Source of the DNA: Azolla caroliniana
Taxonomy: Eukaryota; Plantae; Polypodiophyta
Assembly (NCBI GenBank): GCA_043228905.1
Contig: JBHGNT010000018.1
Coordinates: 3,844,001 to 3,908,000 of the forward strand
Direction: 5' to 3'
Length of the DNA: 64,000 nucleotides
Shown: piece after piece, positions 22,557-35,000 of the stretch
Layout of the letters: every line of letters starts with the position of its first letter
How positions within the stretch are numbered: the first letter of the stretch is position 1
Position numbers and translations under genes: made by a program
The notes under the pieces: generated by a model
What the model saw: only the letters and a program-made list of their open reading frames with translations
Databases searched by the model: none
Told to the model about the DNA's origin: nothing

Positions 22557-24704
22557 GAGGATTCTCCTCCAAGAATATCTTGATTTCTTTCATGATTAGC
22601 TCGCACCGTTAGGAATTGAAGAGATCTTTGGTTGTCAAGACTCTTTATTTGAGCAAATGTCGTGGCATTGTCGAACACTTTGGTTTCCATCCGAGATGAT
22701 GTGATATACGGTTGTCCTAGGATGACAGGATGCAACGCCGATTCTTGCACGAAGAAGTGTTGATCCATCTCCACATCCTCGATCGCAACTTTAACATTGG
22801 GACAAGCTCCGTACAAGTCCTCCGTAGTCTTTGTTGTCATGCGAATCTTCCATCCGTGATTTGTATTGATTGGCCATCTTCCTTTTTGGTAGAAGTAGGT
22901 TGACATGAGGTTGATCTCCGAGCCATGGTCGATCAAGGCTACCATGGTCTCTTTCTTTTCCCTGATCTTCACTAGCGTCTCCCTTGTCGCTCGTGCCCAA
23001 TGAGGTCGAGTATAGTGGTTGTCCACCATTTCTTCATCGACTTTGTCTCTTGCTATCGTTATGGCATTTGCTTTCGCTTTTAGTGGCTTCTCTTCTTCTT
23101 CGTCCGATTGTTGCCTTTTTTGCTTTACAAGGTCCACGATCGTGTCGTGGAACTCCTTCGTAATGCCAAGTAATTCCCCCAAGGACAAAGTCACGTGGCT
23201 ATCAAGAACGCGTTCCTCAAGAATCTTCTTTAGGTCTGTCATTTGCTCTATGTTTGACCTTAGCTTATAGGTAGGCATAGTCCTTGTCTTTCGAGCGGGG
23301 TCTTCGACACCAATCTTCACTGGCCGAACCGTTTCTTCGACTCGTTTGCTCGACTCCGCTTTTCGGCTTGCATCTCCTTCCTCCATTTGCAAGGGTCGAC
23401 TCGTCTCTACATCTTCTTTCTTTTTCGCATTCCTTGTTTCATGTCTTTTTTATGGGCCTTGTTCTTCTATTCTTTTTCTCTTTTCTTCGACGAACACCTC
23501 GTGGTTGTCGCACATCACTTCCGCGAGTATAGTGTTGTCATCTACCAGATCCGACCACCCGATTATACTTTGCATGCTTCGATCCGCAAGCTCTACCTCA
23601 TTCGATGTGACCTTTCCCTTCTTCTCATACTCAAGAACGGAAGACCAAAACTTTGCTCCCACTTTCGCAGCTTCAGTTTTGTCTTTCCCGACTCTTATTC
23701 CGGCCAACGCAGCATAGTGCATCGCATCCACATGAGTTGCCTCGGCATCTTCCATTCCTTTCTTCATTCCCCCTCTTCCGAAATTTACTTGCAAGGGTAT
23801 TCTAGTCTCGCTCGAGCAAATCATGTTGTCATCTATGTATACGATATTTTGTCGAATGGCATCTCGAAGGCTCGAATAATCTTTTCTCATGTGGTTAAAG
23901 TTGTCGCAACACACACATGTAAAGGGTTCTTTTCCTTTTGGGCCCCATCGATTCATGTTTGCTAGTGTGACCGTCTCAAACTTCTTCCCCGGTTCTTTGA
24001 CGATGTCATCGCCAATCTTCTTTCGGCGGTCTTGCTTTCTCCGTGACAGTCGATCCCGTCAAGTTGGTGTCATCAACCCATTGGCGACGCTTGTCGAGCC
24101 TATTGCACGCCCGCTTCACCGCAATTTAGTCCGCTACAAGCCCATTTGCTTGGGTATTGTCTTCGAGAAGAGTCCCCAATTCTCGTCTATCCTTCATGTC
24201 CATAGCTTTCAAGAAGTACAAAGTCTTGTCCTCTTCAAGCAGCACTTGGTCCGTGTTGGGGAGACAACTAAACATCTGGTCGAATTCGTCATACACCCTC
24301 GAGGCGCTCATCTTCTTATTCTTCTTCTCTATCCACTTCATCGGGGCATGTCGTGTCATCCTCGTTGAGTCTTCAGTCACGAACTCCGCTAATATCGCTT
24401 TCTCAAACTCGAACCATGTTGTCTTACCTTCTTGAAGCTCAATGATGCGTCTTTGGATGTTGTTAGCGACCACCCTCTTGAAACTCGTGATTTGTTGTGC
24501 TTCAAACACGTCTGTTTGATTCATCTCCCTTTTGTATGCGTCAAGGAACTTCGTAACGTTCCTTCCATCAAATTAACCCTCAAGCTCTACGACACGATCG
24601 ACGGCCTTCTCCATGCTCGCATTGTTGTCTCGAGATCTCATCATTTGTTCGACGATTATCATCATCCTTTCGAATTCTCCCACTTGGTTGCTTGAGGATG
24701 CCAT
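22547..24704 (-). pseudogene. Gypsy B gag-protease (decayed)
   Basis: Fragments 24573-24755, 24126-24524, 23450-23956 (degenerate knuckle CVCCDNFNHMRKDY) and 22547-23392 (ALIDHGSEINLM), ending GAT TTT TAG as in A. Confidence 0.9.
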
Positions 24705-24750
24705 CTCCAAGTATCGGTTTATCCGCAATTTGATCCTTCCTATCGCCTCT

Positions 24751-24768
24751 TTCACGTCGGGTTCACCA
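24751..24768 (-). other. Primer binding site, tRNA-Trp (18 nt)
   Basis: Minus strand TGGTGAACCCGACGTGAA, 8 nt inside the 5' LTR. Confidence 0.85.
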
Positions 24769-24776
24769 CTTGATTA

Positions 24777-25742
24777 TGTCGTGAAGATCCGTCACTAGGC
24801 GTGGATCATAAGGCGGAACCGCTGGGGTTCTGGACCGGAAGGATTCGAAGTTTATGCTAGTTTTAGCGAGAAAGTATTTAAGATAGATTGAGAGAGATTG
24901 ATATGGCGAGAGAGAGATATTGAAATAAAGATTTAACTCTTGATTCTAGATTTGATAGAGAAGATACATCAACGATAGGGGTACAAGTTTCTTATTTGAT
25001 CATCCAAAAATTTTACATTAGTCCTTTCATCTTTTTCCTCCCCTCTTTTATAGATGCCCTCATGCATGTCAGGGTACAAGACATGCATAAAATGCATGTT
25101 TGCCATTTGGTGCTCATGTATTACATGTGGTGCATGATAACCATGTCACTCATTTTAGCTCTTATGTATGAGAATTTGCATGTAAAGTTACAATGATAAA
25201 AATATAATTCCAAGAAAATGTGTTAGCTTAGTGGTAAGCCTATTGACTCTCAACTTGGAGGTGCAAGGTTCAAATCCTTACTTTCCCTCCTTGTGTATAT
25301 ATTTATTTATTTATTTATTTATCCATCTAACCGCCGGTCGCCGTCTTTGGTTACCGTTCGATCGTCGGATGTTGGTTACCGTCCGGACGCCAAATCCCGG
25401 TTGCTGCCAACTCGCCGGCTCCGTTGCCGGTCTGGTTTTGGTTGGCCAAACCTTTGCAAGTATCCAGGCCACACCCGTTCATCCAATAGCTTAGTTCAAG
25501 TAACCACAAAGATAATAGCTTTTGCTCTACCTTATATATGGCGAGATCCGTATTTATCATGTCTATGTGGGATATCTCACAATTTTATTTTTCTCTTTGT
25601 CTTTGCAAACTTCCTACCCACATAAGTTGGCACTTAGATGTCCGTTTCTTATGTAGTAAAGTGCATCCGAAAGCTCTTCAAGACCTCCATCTCTTTGTTG
25701 TTTTATGTGATTTTCACACCATTTCCGAAAATCTCCACGACA
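24777..25742 (-). repeat. 5' LTR of Gypsy B
   Basis: tgtcgtgaag...cacgaca; matches 7204-8201 with several indels. Confidence 0.93.
25224..25277 (+). promoter_or_regulatory. tRNA-like Pol III internal promoter (A and B boxes) inside the Gypsy B LTR
   Basis: A box TAGCTTAGTGG at 25224-25234 and B box GGTTCAAATCC at 25267-25277, with tRNA-like spacing. Confidence 0.6.
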
Positions 25743-25746
25743 ACAG

Positions 25747-27283
25747 GAACCGAAAATGCTTTTCGAAGCCGCAAAGGATCCGCGATGGGTCAACGGGATG
25801 AATGAGGAGATGGAAGCTTTATGCAAAAATGAGACATGGGATCTCGTTCCTCTCCCTCCAAACAAGAAAGAGGTTGGCTGTAGATGGATATACAAAGTAA
25901 AATACAATGCCAACAGATTCGTAAATCGCTTCAAAGCACAGCTTGTTGCAAAAGGCTATGCGCAAATGCACGTCATAGACTATGAAGAAACCTTTGCCCC
26001 GGTGGCAAAGATGACAACTATATGGACAGTAATTGCACTCGCCGCAGCGAAGGGATGGCACCTCCACCAGATGGACATGAAAAATGCTTTCCTCCAAGAA
26101 GAGTTAGAAGAAGAGGTGTACATGATACAACCACCCGAATTCGAATCGCGTAAACATCCGCACGTCGTATGCCGACTCAAGAAGCCACTCTACAGCCTCA
26201 AACAAGCATCGCGTGCTTGGCATTCGAAGATCACACAGTATCTTCATCAAGTCGGATTTTGGATGTCAAAATCCGATACTTCTCTATACATCCGAAATGA
26301 GTTGGATAGCCTGATCATCATCATCTTAGATGTGGATGACTTGGTCATCGGAGGAAAGGATCTCGCCAAGATCAACAAAGTCAAAACACTTCTCTCCGGC
26401 AGATTCGAAATGAAAGACCTGCACGAACTCCATTAATTCCTAGGCATTGAAGTAATTCGGACACCAATCGGGATAATGATCTCACAATGACACTACGTCC
26501 TTAACTTACTCTACAAGTTCAGAATGACCAAGTGCAAGCCTGTGTCTACCCCTCTCGATCGTAACCTAAAGATTGATGCCAATTCCGGAACCGTTGAGAG
26601 CGAGCCGACTCAGTATCGACAACTGATCGGTAGTTTGATCTATCTAACCATTACGCGACCCGACCTCAGTTATTCAGTCGGCCTACTTAGGCAATTCATG
26701 CAGAATCCGCGAAACCTTCATCTTGATTGTGCTAAGAGGATACTATGGTATGTCAGTATGACAATGGCTTACGGCATCATGTATAAGTCGAACACAACTA
26801 TTCGACTCGAAGGGTACACCAACGCGGACTGGCAGCAGATAAACGATCCACCTCCGGATTTGTCTTCTCCCTCGGGAGCGGAGCAATCTCTTGGAGCAGC
26901 AAGAAACAGCCGATAGTCGCACTGTCGAACACGGAAGCCGAATATAGGGGCACAACAATCGCCGCATGCGAAGCCGTATGGCTTAAACGCATACTAAAGG
27001 ATCTGTGTGTTCCCATCAAGGATCCAATTCGTCTCTACTGTGACAATATGAGCAGTATCTACCTAGCACGAAACCCCGTATTTCCCGCGTGGACTAAACA
27101 TATCGAAGTACATTACCACTTCATCTGCGAGCATGTACAAGCCGATGAGATCGATCTACAACATACCAGTACCCACCTCCAAGTTGCTGATATATTTACA
27201 AAGGTCTTAGGAGTCGACAAGCTCGGGCAATTTGCATTGGACCTTGGTCTCACGACATCTACATTGTTGAACTTGAGGGGGAG
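25747..27283 (+). pseudogene. Host Copia D reverse transcriptase and RNase H (decayed)
   Basis: ORFs 25756-26436 (KAQLVAKGY, HQMDMKNAFL, DVDDL), 26524-26916 (ITRPDLSYSV) and 27048-27341 (TKHIEVHYHF, QVADIFTK); multiple stops and frameshifts. Confidence 0.92.
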
Positions 27284-27895
27284 TACAGGTATAGGCGACA
27301 TGGAAGCAATACGCAATGATACGCAACACATACGCAATTGATCGAGTACGCGAATAGGCAACATAGCCGACTAGACAAGTCGAAGTATGAACCGTACAAC
27401 CTTCTCGACAGATAGAAGTTGTTACGGGCATGACCATTTAATATCCCGTGGTGAGAATTTACCGTAGTATTCTATACACGTGGATAAGTGTGAGGGTTAA
27501 ACGAGAGTGTAAAGAAGGGGAGGATTACTTTTAATCCTCGGGATTGAGACAACCCATTAGGTCAAGTGTGAACTTGCTTGGGGGCCTTGGGTATCACTAT
27601 AAATAAGAGGCCTAACTGCCCTCATTTGATCATCTTTTGACTACATCGAGACTCTGCTCTTGTGGTGGGTCAACTCTTGTAGTGAGCGCGCCAGCACCAG
27701 GTACGACTCGACGCCACGGCGATGGTATGGGACGCCGATCAAGGCTCGAGTCCGTCTCGATCCCTTCGCTCGGGGGTGGTCGGGTGGATCGGCACCCTTC
27801 TTTCTCTTTCTCCTTTCTATCTATCATTTGTTTATCCTTATCTTAAGCTTACTTTAGTACTTAGATCTCTAATAGAAGTTGTGTTCGAAGGGGCG

Positions 27896-28531
27896 TGTTG
27901 AGAGTCGAACTCAACTTCCCATAGATAGGTTTCACACTAGCTCATGGACATGTTGGGCTAGTTTTGTAAATAGTAGAAAGGGCACTTGCCCTAGCTTAGT
28001 TGGTATATAAACCAACACATTGTAACTTAGTTGTTGTTGGATGTTTTATGTTTTGATGTAATTTTGGTTAATAGACAGTTTGCCTTCTCTGTCGTAAGAG
28101 CTCTCTCTCTCACTCTCTCTCTCTCTCTCTCTCTGTCTTGACACACACACACTCATCTTCCGTTGTATTACAACCACTCTTGCCTCTTCATTTCTTTACA
28201 TAGGATTTTGTACTTGAGTGGGATACATTATAGATCCTCCACTCCCATGTTCATTTAATATAGGACTTACACCGTTGTACCTATATTCTGATCACACATG
28301 TGCACCTTTGCACATGAGATGTATATATACCTAATTGTGGGTATTTTTGTATTTGATGATTCTTTTTAATATAGTTAATCATCCCCCATCTTGTCTCGTT
28401 GCTCATCAGTGTTAACTTCCTCTCTCTCTTCCTCTCACACACATACACACACATATCACTTAATCTTCCTCTTAACTTAATCACATAATTAGGTACTAAT
28501 TAACTCTTGCTTAATTACCTAATTATTAACA
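27896..28531 (+). repeat. Probable Copia LTR shared between two internal regions
   Basis: Preceded by purine tract GAAGGGGCG; TGTT...AACA ends; TATATAA near 28004; followed directly by PBS TGGTATCAGAGC at 28532-28543. No second copy in the window. Confidence 0.7.
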
Positions 28532-28720
28532 TGGTATCAGAGCATGTGGTTTAGCACATCCACGAAGCCCACCTGACTCTTCGTGATTGTTTGTTCGAGA
28601 CGCTGACGAAAAATCCGGTTATCCGCTACCATAGTGCCACTACGTAGCACGTGTACGTGATCGAAGAAAGAAGAAGAAGAAGAAGAAGAAGAAGAAGAAG
28701 AAGAAGAGACACTAATCAAC

Positions 28721-30850
28721 ATGAACACACAAATGGGTAGTTCGCTCCCTAGTGAAAACCTAGACCGGAGCAATTATTCATCTTGGGAGTACAAGATGAA
28801 CCAATACCTTGTCGACCAAGGGTATTGGAGCTACATCACCGGTGCACTCGAAAACAAACCCGACATCACAAATGCCAACTACCCAACGTGGGAGGAAGGA
28901 GCGAGTCAGGTAATGTATTGCTTGGCAACATTTCCACAACCACATGCTTAGCCACATTCGAGATGCCAAGACACCTAAAGAGGCATGGGAGAACTTGAAG
29001 AAGATGTTCGCAACCAACACGACCATCCGAAAGCTTCAACTCCGACAAGAGTTGAACAACATTCGGCAAAAAGATATGTCTGTGTCGATCTACACCGCCA
29101 AGATCAAGAGCATTTGTGACTCGTTTGGCTCCATCAACATAAACATTGACGAAGACGAGATGGTTCAAGTATGCTTGGGCGGCCTCGCACAATGATTCGA
29201 CTCGTTGAGGACGACAATCTTGGTGAGGGAAAACCCTCCTTCGTTCTTCAACCTTCAATCAATGCTATTGGTCGAAGAGAACCACGTCCAAATCAAAAGC
29301 AAGATGTCAAAAGGACAAATGTTCTTCTCGAATTCAGATGGTGGCCGAGGACGAGGTCTAGGTGGTAGAATAGGTCAATTCGACCCATCCCACGAAGGGA
29401 ACTCAAACCTTCGACAAGAAGATGGAAGCCATCGAGGAACCTTCGGAAGAAGGGGGAGCTTCCATGCTAAACAAGGTCGGCAAACGAAGCCCGCTACGTG
29501 CAACTATTGCGGCAAAATCGGCCACTGCGAAGAGGAGTGCCGAAAGAAGAGAAGTGAGTCGGTGTCGACAAGCCGACAACTCACAAACTACGCCACCAAC
29601 TTCGAATACGACGACTATGATGGACTATTCATGATGAGACATAGAGTGAACTCTATGATGGCCTCCGACTCCACAAGCACCTCCAGCTCGGAAGATGTGT
29701 GGTTCGTTGATTCCGGCGCCTCACATCACATGACATCCTGCGAAGAGTGGTTCGGTGACTTGTGCACACCCGATCGACCCGGCTTCATAGAGATGGGAGA
29801 CGACACCACACATCCCATTTGGTACATCGGCAATGTCCCATTCGGGAAAGAAGGCGAGCAAACTTGCATCATGAACATCTTGCACGTGCCCACAATAACA
29901 AAGAATTTGGTCTCGGTCGGCCAAATCGTGGCCGACTCATACCTAAGGGATGGAGAGACGGTTGAATGTTCATTCTCGATTCAAGTTCGTTTCAACAATG
30001 AAGAATGTAAGTTCGTTTCAACAATGAAGAGGCATGCAAGTTCGTTTCAACAATGAAGAATGCTTCATTGAGAAAGATGGCCGAGTCATACCTAAGGGAC
30101 GGAGAGACGGTTGAATGTTCATTCTCGATTCGAATGAGGTGAAATTGGCCATGTATGCCAAAGGTCTCAAAACCGAGACAAGCATCGAGTTGTGGCACAA
30201 AAGAATCAGCCACATCAACCTCCAACGGCTTCGAGTGATGCAATCAAAGGGAGTCATCATCAGACTTCCGGCATCCAAGTCGAAACGAGTCGACCAAGTA
30301 TGCGAAGCATACCAACTCGGCAAACAACATCGACTCCCATTCCCGAAGGAGAGCTAAGCAAGCAATGGCCTCCTCGACGTCATACACTTGGATGTATGGG
30401 GACCGGCTCAAACGTTGACGATCGGCGGATGCCGATACTACATCACCTTCATCAACAACTACTCCCGCTACGCGTAGATCTTCCCGATGAAGAAGAAGAG
30501 TGAAGTGCTCTCCCACTTCCAAAAGCTCAAGGGCCAAGTCTAAAGAGATACCGATCGACACATTCGATGCCTACAATCGGATGGAGGAAAGGAGTACTTC
30601 TCCAACGAATTCATCTCCTACCTCCAAGGTGAAGGCATTTGTAGAGAATTCTCGTGCCGACACACACCCCAACAAAATGGAGTCGCCGAAAGGAAGAATC
30701 GGCACATACTCGAGGTAGCACGCGCCATGATGCATGAGAAGCACATGCCGAACTTCTATTGGACCGAAGCGGCATCCACGGCCGTCTATCTCATGAATCG
30801 ATGCACCACCAATGGAGTGCATGAGCTAACTCCATACGAATTCCTTGTCG
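28721..30850 (+). pseudogene. Copia gag-PR-integrase (element D2), 3'-truncated
   Basis: LDRSNYSSWEYKM, KTPKEAWENLKKMF, CNYCGKIGHCEEEC, WFVDSGASHH, WHKRISH, QQNGVAERKNR; ends at PYEFLV near 30850. Confidence 0.9.
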
Positions 30851-31940
30851 ACAATTTGTCTGACCGGAGCCAAGTTCTTGGTGATTGTTGGCACATGAAG
30901 ACATTTCTCATGATTCCCCTTTGACCAAAATGGCTCAGAGGGACATCTCTGATATGTTTGATGGGGTGAGGGATGTCATCGCCGGTTTTGACGACCCCCG
31001 GCTATTCTGAACCTTCGGTGTAGTGCGATTTTTTACGCTTATCTACGTCTCCCTAGCTCGATCCGGCTCTGTCCAAATCAACACGCTTCTTCCAGCACTC
31101 GCTCTCTCTGCGGCCCTTCCGGCCACAATACCAGCAATCTTACGCGGCCTTTCCTTGCCAGCTTCCAACACCGCCTTGACTTCCCTTGCTCACTTGAACT
31201 ACTATAGCCATTTCCATTATGCCTCTAGTTTTGCTCGTGTCAGTTGCCTCCATTGCGTGCCAATCCGCCTTGTCCTCCACAATCATGGGGCCGATCTGCC
31301 TCCATGTACAACATCTTGTTGTCAACATTCTTGTCGACACACTCACATGGTTTTCTTCAACGAGCAAACATTGATTGTAGCTCAAAAAATGATGTTGTGT
31401 TCTCTCTCATGCAGACCGTCGTTTGGAATTATCTGAATCTCTGTGCCAGGCCTCCGAGCCAGACCTGCACAATCTCGTCTTCTTCCTGATTGTTACAATC
31501 ACAGAAGCAACGGAGTCACAAATCTCCTTTATCTTTGAGGTATAATCAGTCACCAACATATCTCTCCGTCAGGCATTGCTCAATGCCTACATGAGTTGTA
31601 GCTTCCCAGTCGTTGTACTTGCAGCAAACATCTTCTTGAGATTTTCCCAAGCATCCTTTGGCGTCTTGGCGTCCCGGATATAGCTTAAAAGTTGATTGCT
31701 CACACAGGATGCGAAGTAACACAAAACTCTGTTTGCTTCCTATTCCTAGGCCAGGAAATCTCTATGTGTCGACTTCGGTGTTGCATCGTTAGCTACTTCG
31801 ACATAACTCCAATACTCGTGTCCCGAGGAGGTATTAGTGCATCTTGTATGACCAAGATGCGTAGTTGCTTATGTCAAGCTTCTCCGTCGGAAGCGAGTTG
31901 CCCATACCTCTGTTCATGTTCTTGTCTTTTCTTAACCAAA
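30845..31940 (-). pseudogene. Second Copia gag-PR fragment (element E), opposite strand, paralogous to D2
   Basis: Minus strand reads MGNSLPTEKLDISNYASWSYKMH, IRDAKTPKDAWENLKKMF, LLVEENH and LHVPTITKNL, with many stops. Confidence 0.85.
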
Positions 31941-31971
31941 AAACAAAGGCCCGTCCTTGTGCTTGTTGGCG

Positions 31972-31972
31972 T

Positions 31973-32041
<69 letters not shown>
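31972..32041. repeat. Compound (GA)n(CA)n microsatellite, probably in the LTR or leader of element E
   Basis: Repeat seen directly; a minus-strand TATATAA lies near 32100. Confidence 0.8.
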
Positions 32042-32044
<3 letters not shown>

Positions 32045-35000
32045 CAATTTATTGAAAGGCAAAAACTTCTTCTATTCATTCATGTCCCCTATGGTGGGGT
32101 TATATAGCTACATGACATGAGGATCACAATCCAAGAACATCCAATGAGGCTTGTAGGTTAGTTACATAACCTTCTAACAACCTACCCACTTTACATTTTT
32201 GCACACATTCACATAAATGTGCATGTGTTTAAACATATTAATATACTCACACTTACTCTTTTGTGCACACTTACACATACTTACAACATGACTTTTAACA
32301 CAAGACTTTACACTTATCTATCCATGTACCATCACTTATACACTCATACACTTACAATTCCACGGATAACAAAAAAATATTCTCTGTACATACAAATGTG
32401 GTCACAGAGCACTTTTTATACAAGCCCTCTAACAGGGTTGACATGAAGTACTGACAAGTACTTCAATGATCATTAACTGAGCCTAACACTAGATTGCCTA
32501 CAATAAGCCTATTTCCTAAAATAGGCATCTAGGCTAGCTAACGGCCTATCGAATTCCATCCGATTCAGCTCACGGCTTATTCAACCAATTCGGACCTAGT
32601 CGATTCAACTCTCGGCTTCTTTAGCTGATTCGGCCCTTGTTGAGCTTGTCACTCAACAATGTTCCTATTACTGCAAGGGCTCCATCGGCATTCACGATCA
32701 CAATGCTCCATCTGTTTCAATGTTGGTGCAAAACTTAAGATGATGAGGAGTATGGTGACATTAAAGGTAATAACATGAGTGCACAAAACCTCATGTTCCA
32801 CTATTTGTGTGACGGGTGCCCAAATACAAAATTTTGAGTATTCCCATATTTCCCTCCCCATAATAAATTATATGTATCTTTAAGATTTGCTCACTAAATA
32901 TTAGCTAAAATATAGCTAATTAGCTATGGCTTTTTAGCTACATGTTAGCTATAATAGTGTTTCCATTCCCATGCTTTCACCCCATACAATATACTAACAT
33001 ACATCAACTATTATATATTAATATCTCGCATCAAGTTGGCCATGACATTTATCACCTATTTTTGCTAATCAAACAAAGGTTGACACAACTTTTGAATAAT
33101 CTCATATAAGGAATGGATCATCTGCAACTTGTCAAGTAGGTATCTCTTCGCTCATTGTTTGTTGACAATTATTTCCTAGTTTTGTTTCATCCCAAAGAAA
33201 ATAGTCTTTTACACAACTCTTGAATAGCCTCATATAACAATGTGGTCATGTGCAACTTGTCTAGTAGTTATCTATAAGCTCATTGTTTGTCCTTAAGCAA
33301 GAAAGGTAACGTATAACTTGTGTTTAAGGAATTACAAGTGTATATGATTCCTAAAGTAAAGAGATATTTAACTTCTCTTATTTAAAATCATATGCATGTC
33401 TATGTACCAACTCTAAATGGGAGAATATATTCATTATCTTATCGGGGACAAAGGCTTGCCCTTACTTGTTAATTCACCGAAATCTCTATATTTGAGGGTA
33501 AAAGTGTAACTATTAGGTTAAAGTTCTAATCAATGCTTAATTCAAAACATGACATTAACATAGTGAGGATAAACACACACATGAACACTTCTTCTAGTAG
33601 TACCAACATATACACACAAATTTTGTTTGTATAAGAAATGCAACATCCAAAGAAAAACAACTCTATTCACAATCATTATATTACGTTAATGTACCCATTT
33701 GCTTCCTTTGCCACTTTTCTTTGGTACGCATGATTGCTACTTACAAAAAGGCACATTTTCATTGTTTTTACTACACTCCAACTTGCCCAATATACTCTCT
33801 TCTCTATCAATCAGATTGCATCACGTACATGATACATAGCTTTACATGTTTATTCCAATAAGGTCAACTTCACATAAGATCTATCCATAAGGGGCTCCAT
33901 ATGAACCTTGCCTAAGTTATGAATGATGCAAAAGATATGTAAATATCATGGATAGATCCATGCCACTAATTGCAAACCAAGTTACCACCACAACCACCAA
34001 TGGACCTAGTCTAGGCACAAATTGGCAACCAAAACAAGCTAAAAAAAGTAACGTGTTATGATCTAAAACAATAGTGTAAAGAAATAATTTTAGTAAAGTG
34101 GGATAAGCATCAAGGCAATATTTTTAGGGTTTTAGAATTTCCAAGTTTCTATCTAGAAAAGCTTTAACTAATTGCTTTTAGATAGAAGGCAATGTCTCAA
34201 AACAAAAAAAAGTTGATTTCACATAGAAATAATATGGCAGATTGTCATGTGTGTGTGTGTGGGTGCGTGCGTGCACGCATGTGTATAAGGTGAAGAATAT
34301 GTTTGAGCTCAAAATATATTCGTTCAAGGGTTCATACTTCAAGGCTTAACAAATGCTTAAGAACAATCCTTTAGAAATTATATTACAACCATATTTTGGT
34401 TGCCAGTAAGCATCTAACGCACTCCACCAAGTGTTATGCATGTAACTTGGCTTACAATAAAGGACATCGATCTCCTCATGATTTGCACAACTTTTTTTGA
34501 CCGTCCACTCCTTTAAGTGTGATGCGTAAGGCTCACAATTAACCCCACCTTTGATGGATATAAGGGTGAGTGCCAGCTTGACATTCCAATACCTTTCATT
34601 TGCAGTTTCCAAACTTCGATGAAGATGGAGAAAGGAGAAGATTTTTAGAATAAAAAGGTTGTTGGAAGATCCAAGCTATGGGGAGCATGAGTGTTGAGGA
34701 GCTTTACACATGTGGAGTGATACTCTTCTTTGCCTACCTTTAGGCTAGATGGATTGCATAAGGTCGACATCAGTATTAGCTTTTACTCAAGCTCATGAGT
34801 TTCAAAACACTTTTACACTTTTAGGTAGTCAAGGATATTTTTAGGTAGCAACAAAACGTTGTCAAGTAGTTTTGTAACACTTTCCACCACCTAAAAAGAT
34901 AGAAGTAAAAAGCTATAGGAAGTTGGTTGTATGGGTGATTCGAAATATATCCAACGATGGAATTGACTTATACAAAGATGACTTGGGAAAAGCAAATATG

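Larger units (their letters stand above)
7204..25742 (-). mobile_element. Ty3/Gypsy LTR retrotransposon B (relative of A), decayed and split by Copia C1 and C2
   Basis: LTRs 7204-8201 and 24777-25742; PBS 24751-24768; PPT 8202-8213; TSD ACGG/ACAG. Gag, PR, RT, RH and IN fragments are homologous to A. Confidence 0.93.

Noticed and set aside
25219-25285. Functional tRNA gene
   Set aside because: A and B boxes are present, but I could not form a convincing acceptor or anticodon stem, and it sits inside an LTR; kept only as a tRNA-like module.
33084-33290. Diverged ~80-bp direct repeat, plus similar small duplications at 44938-45070 and 52190-52350
   Set aside because: Ordinary local duplications with no TIR, TSD or coding signal.
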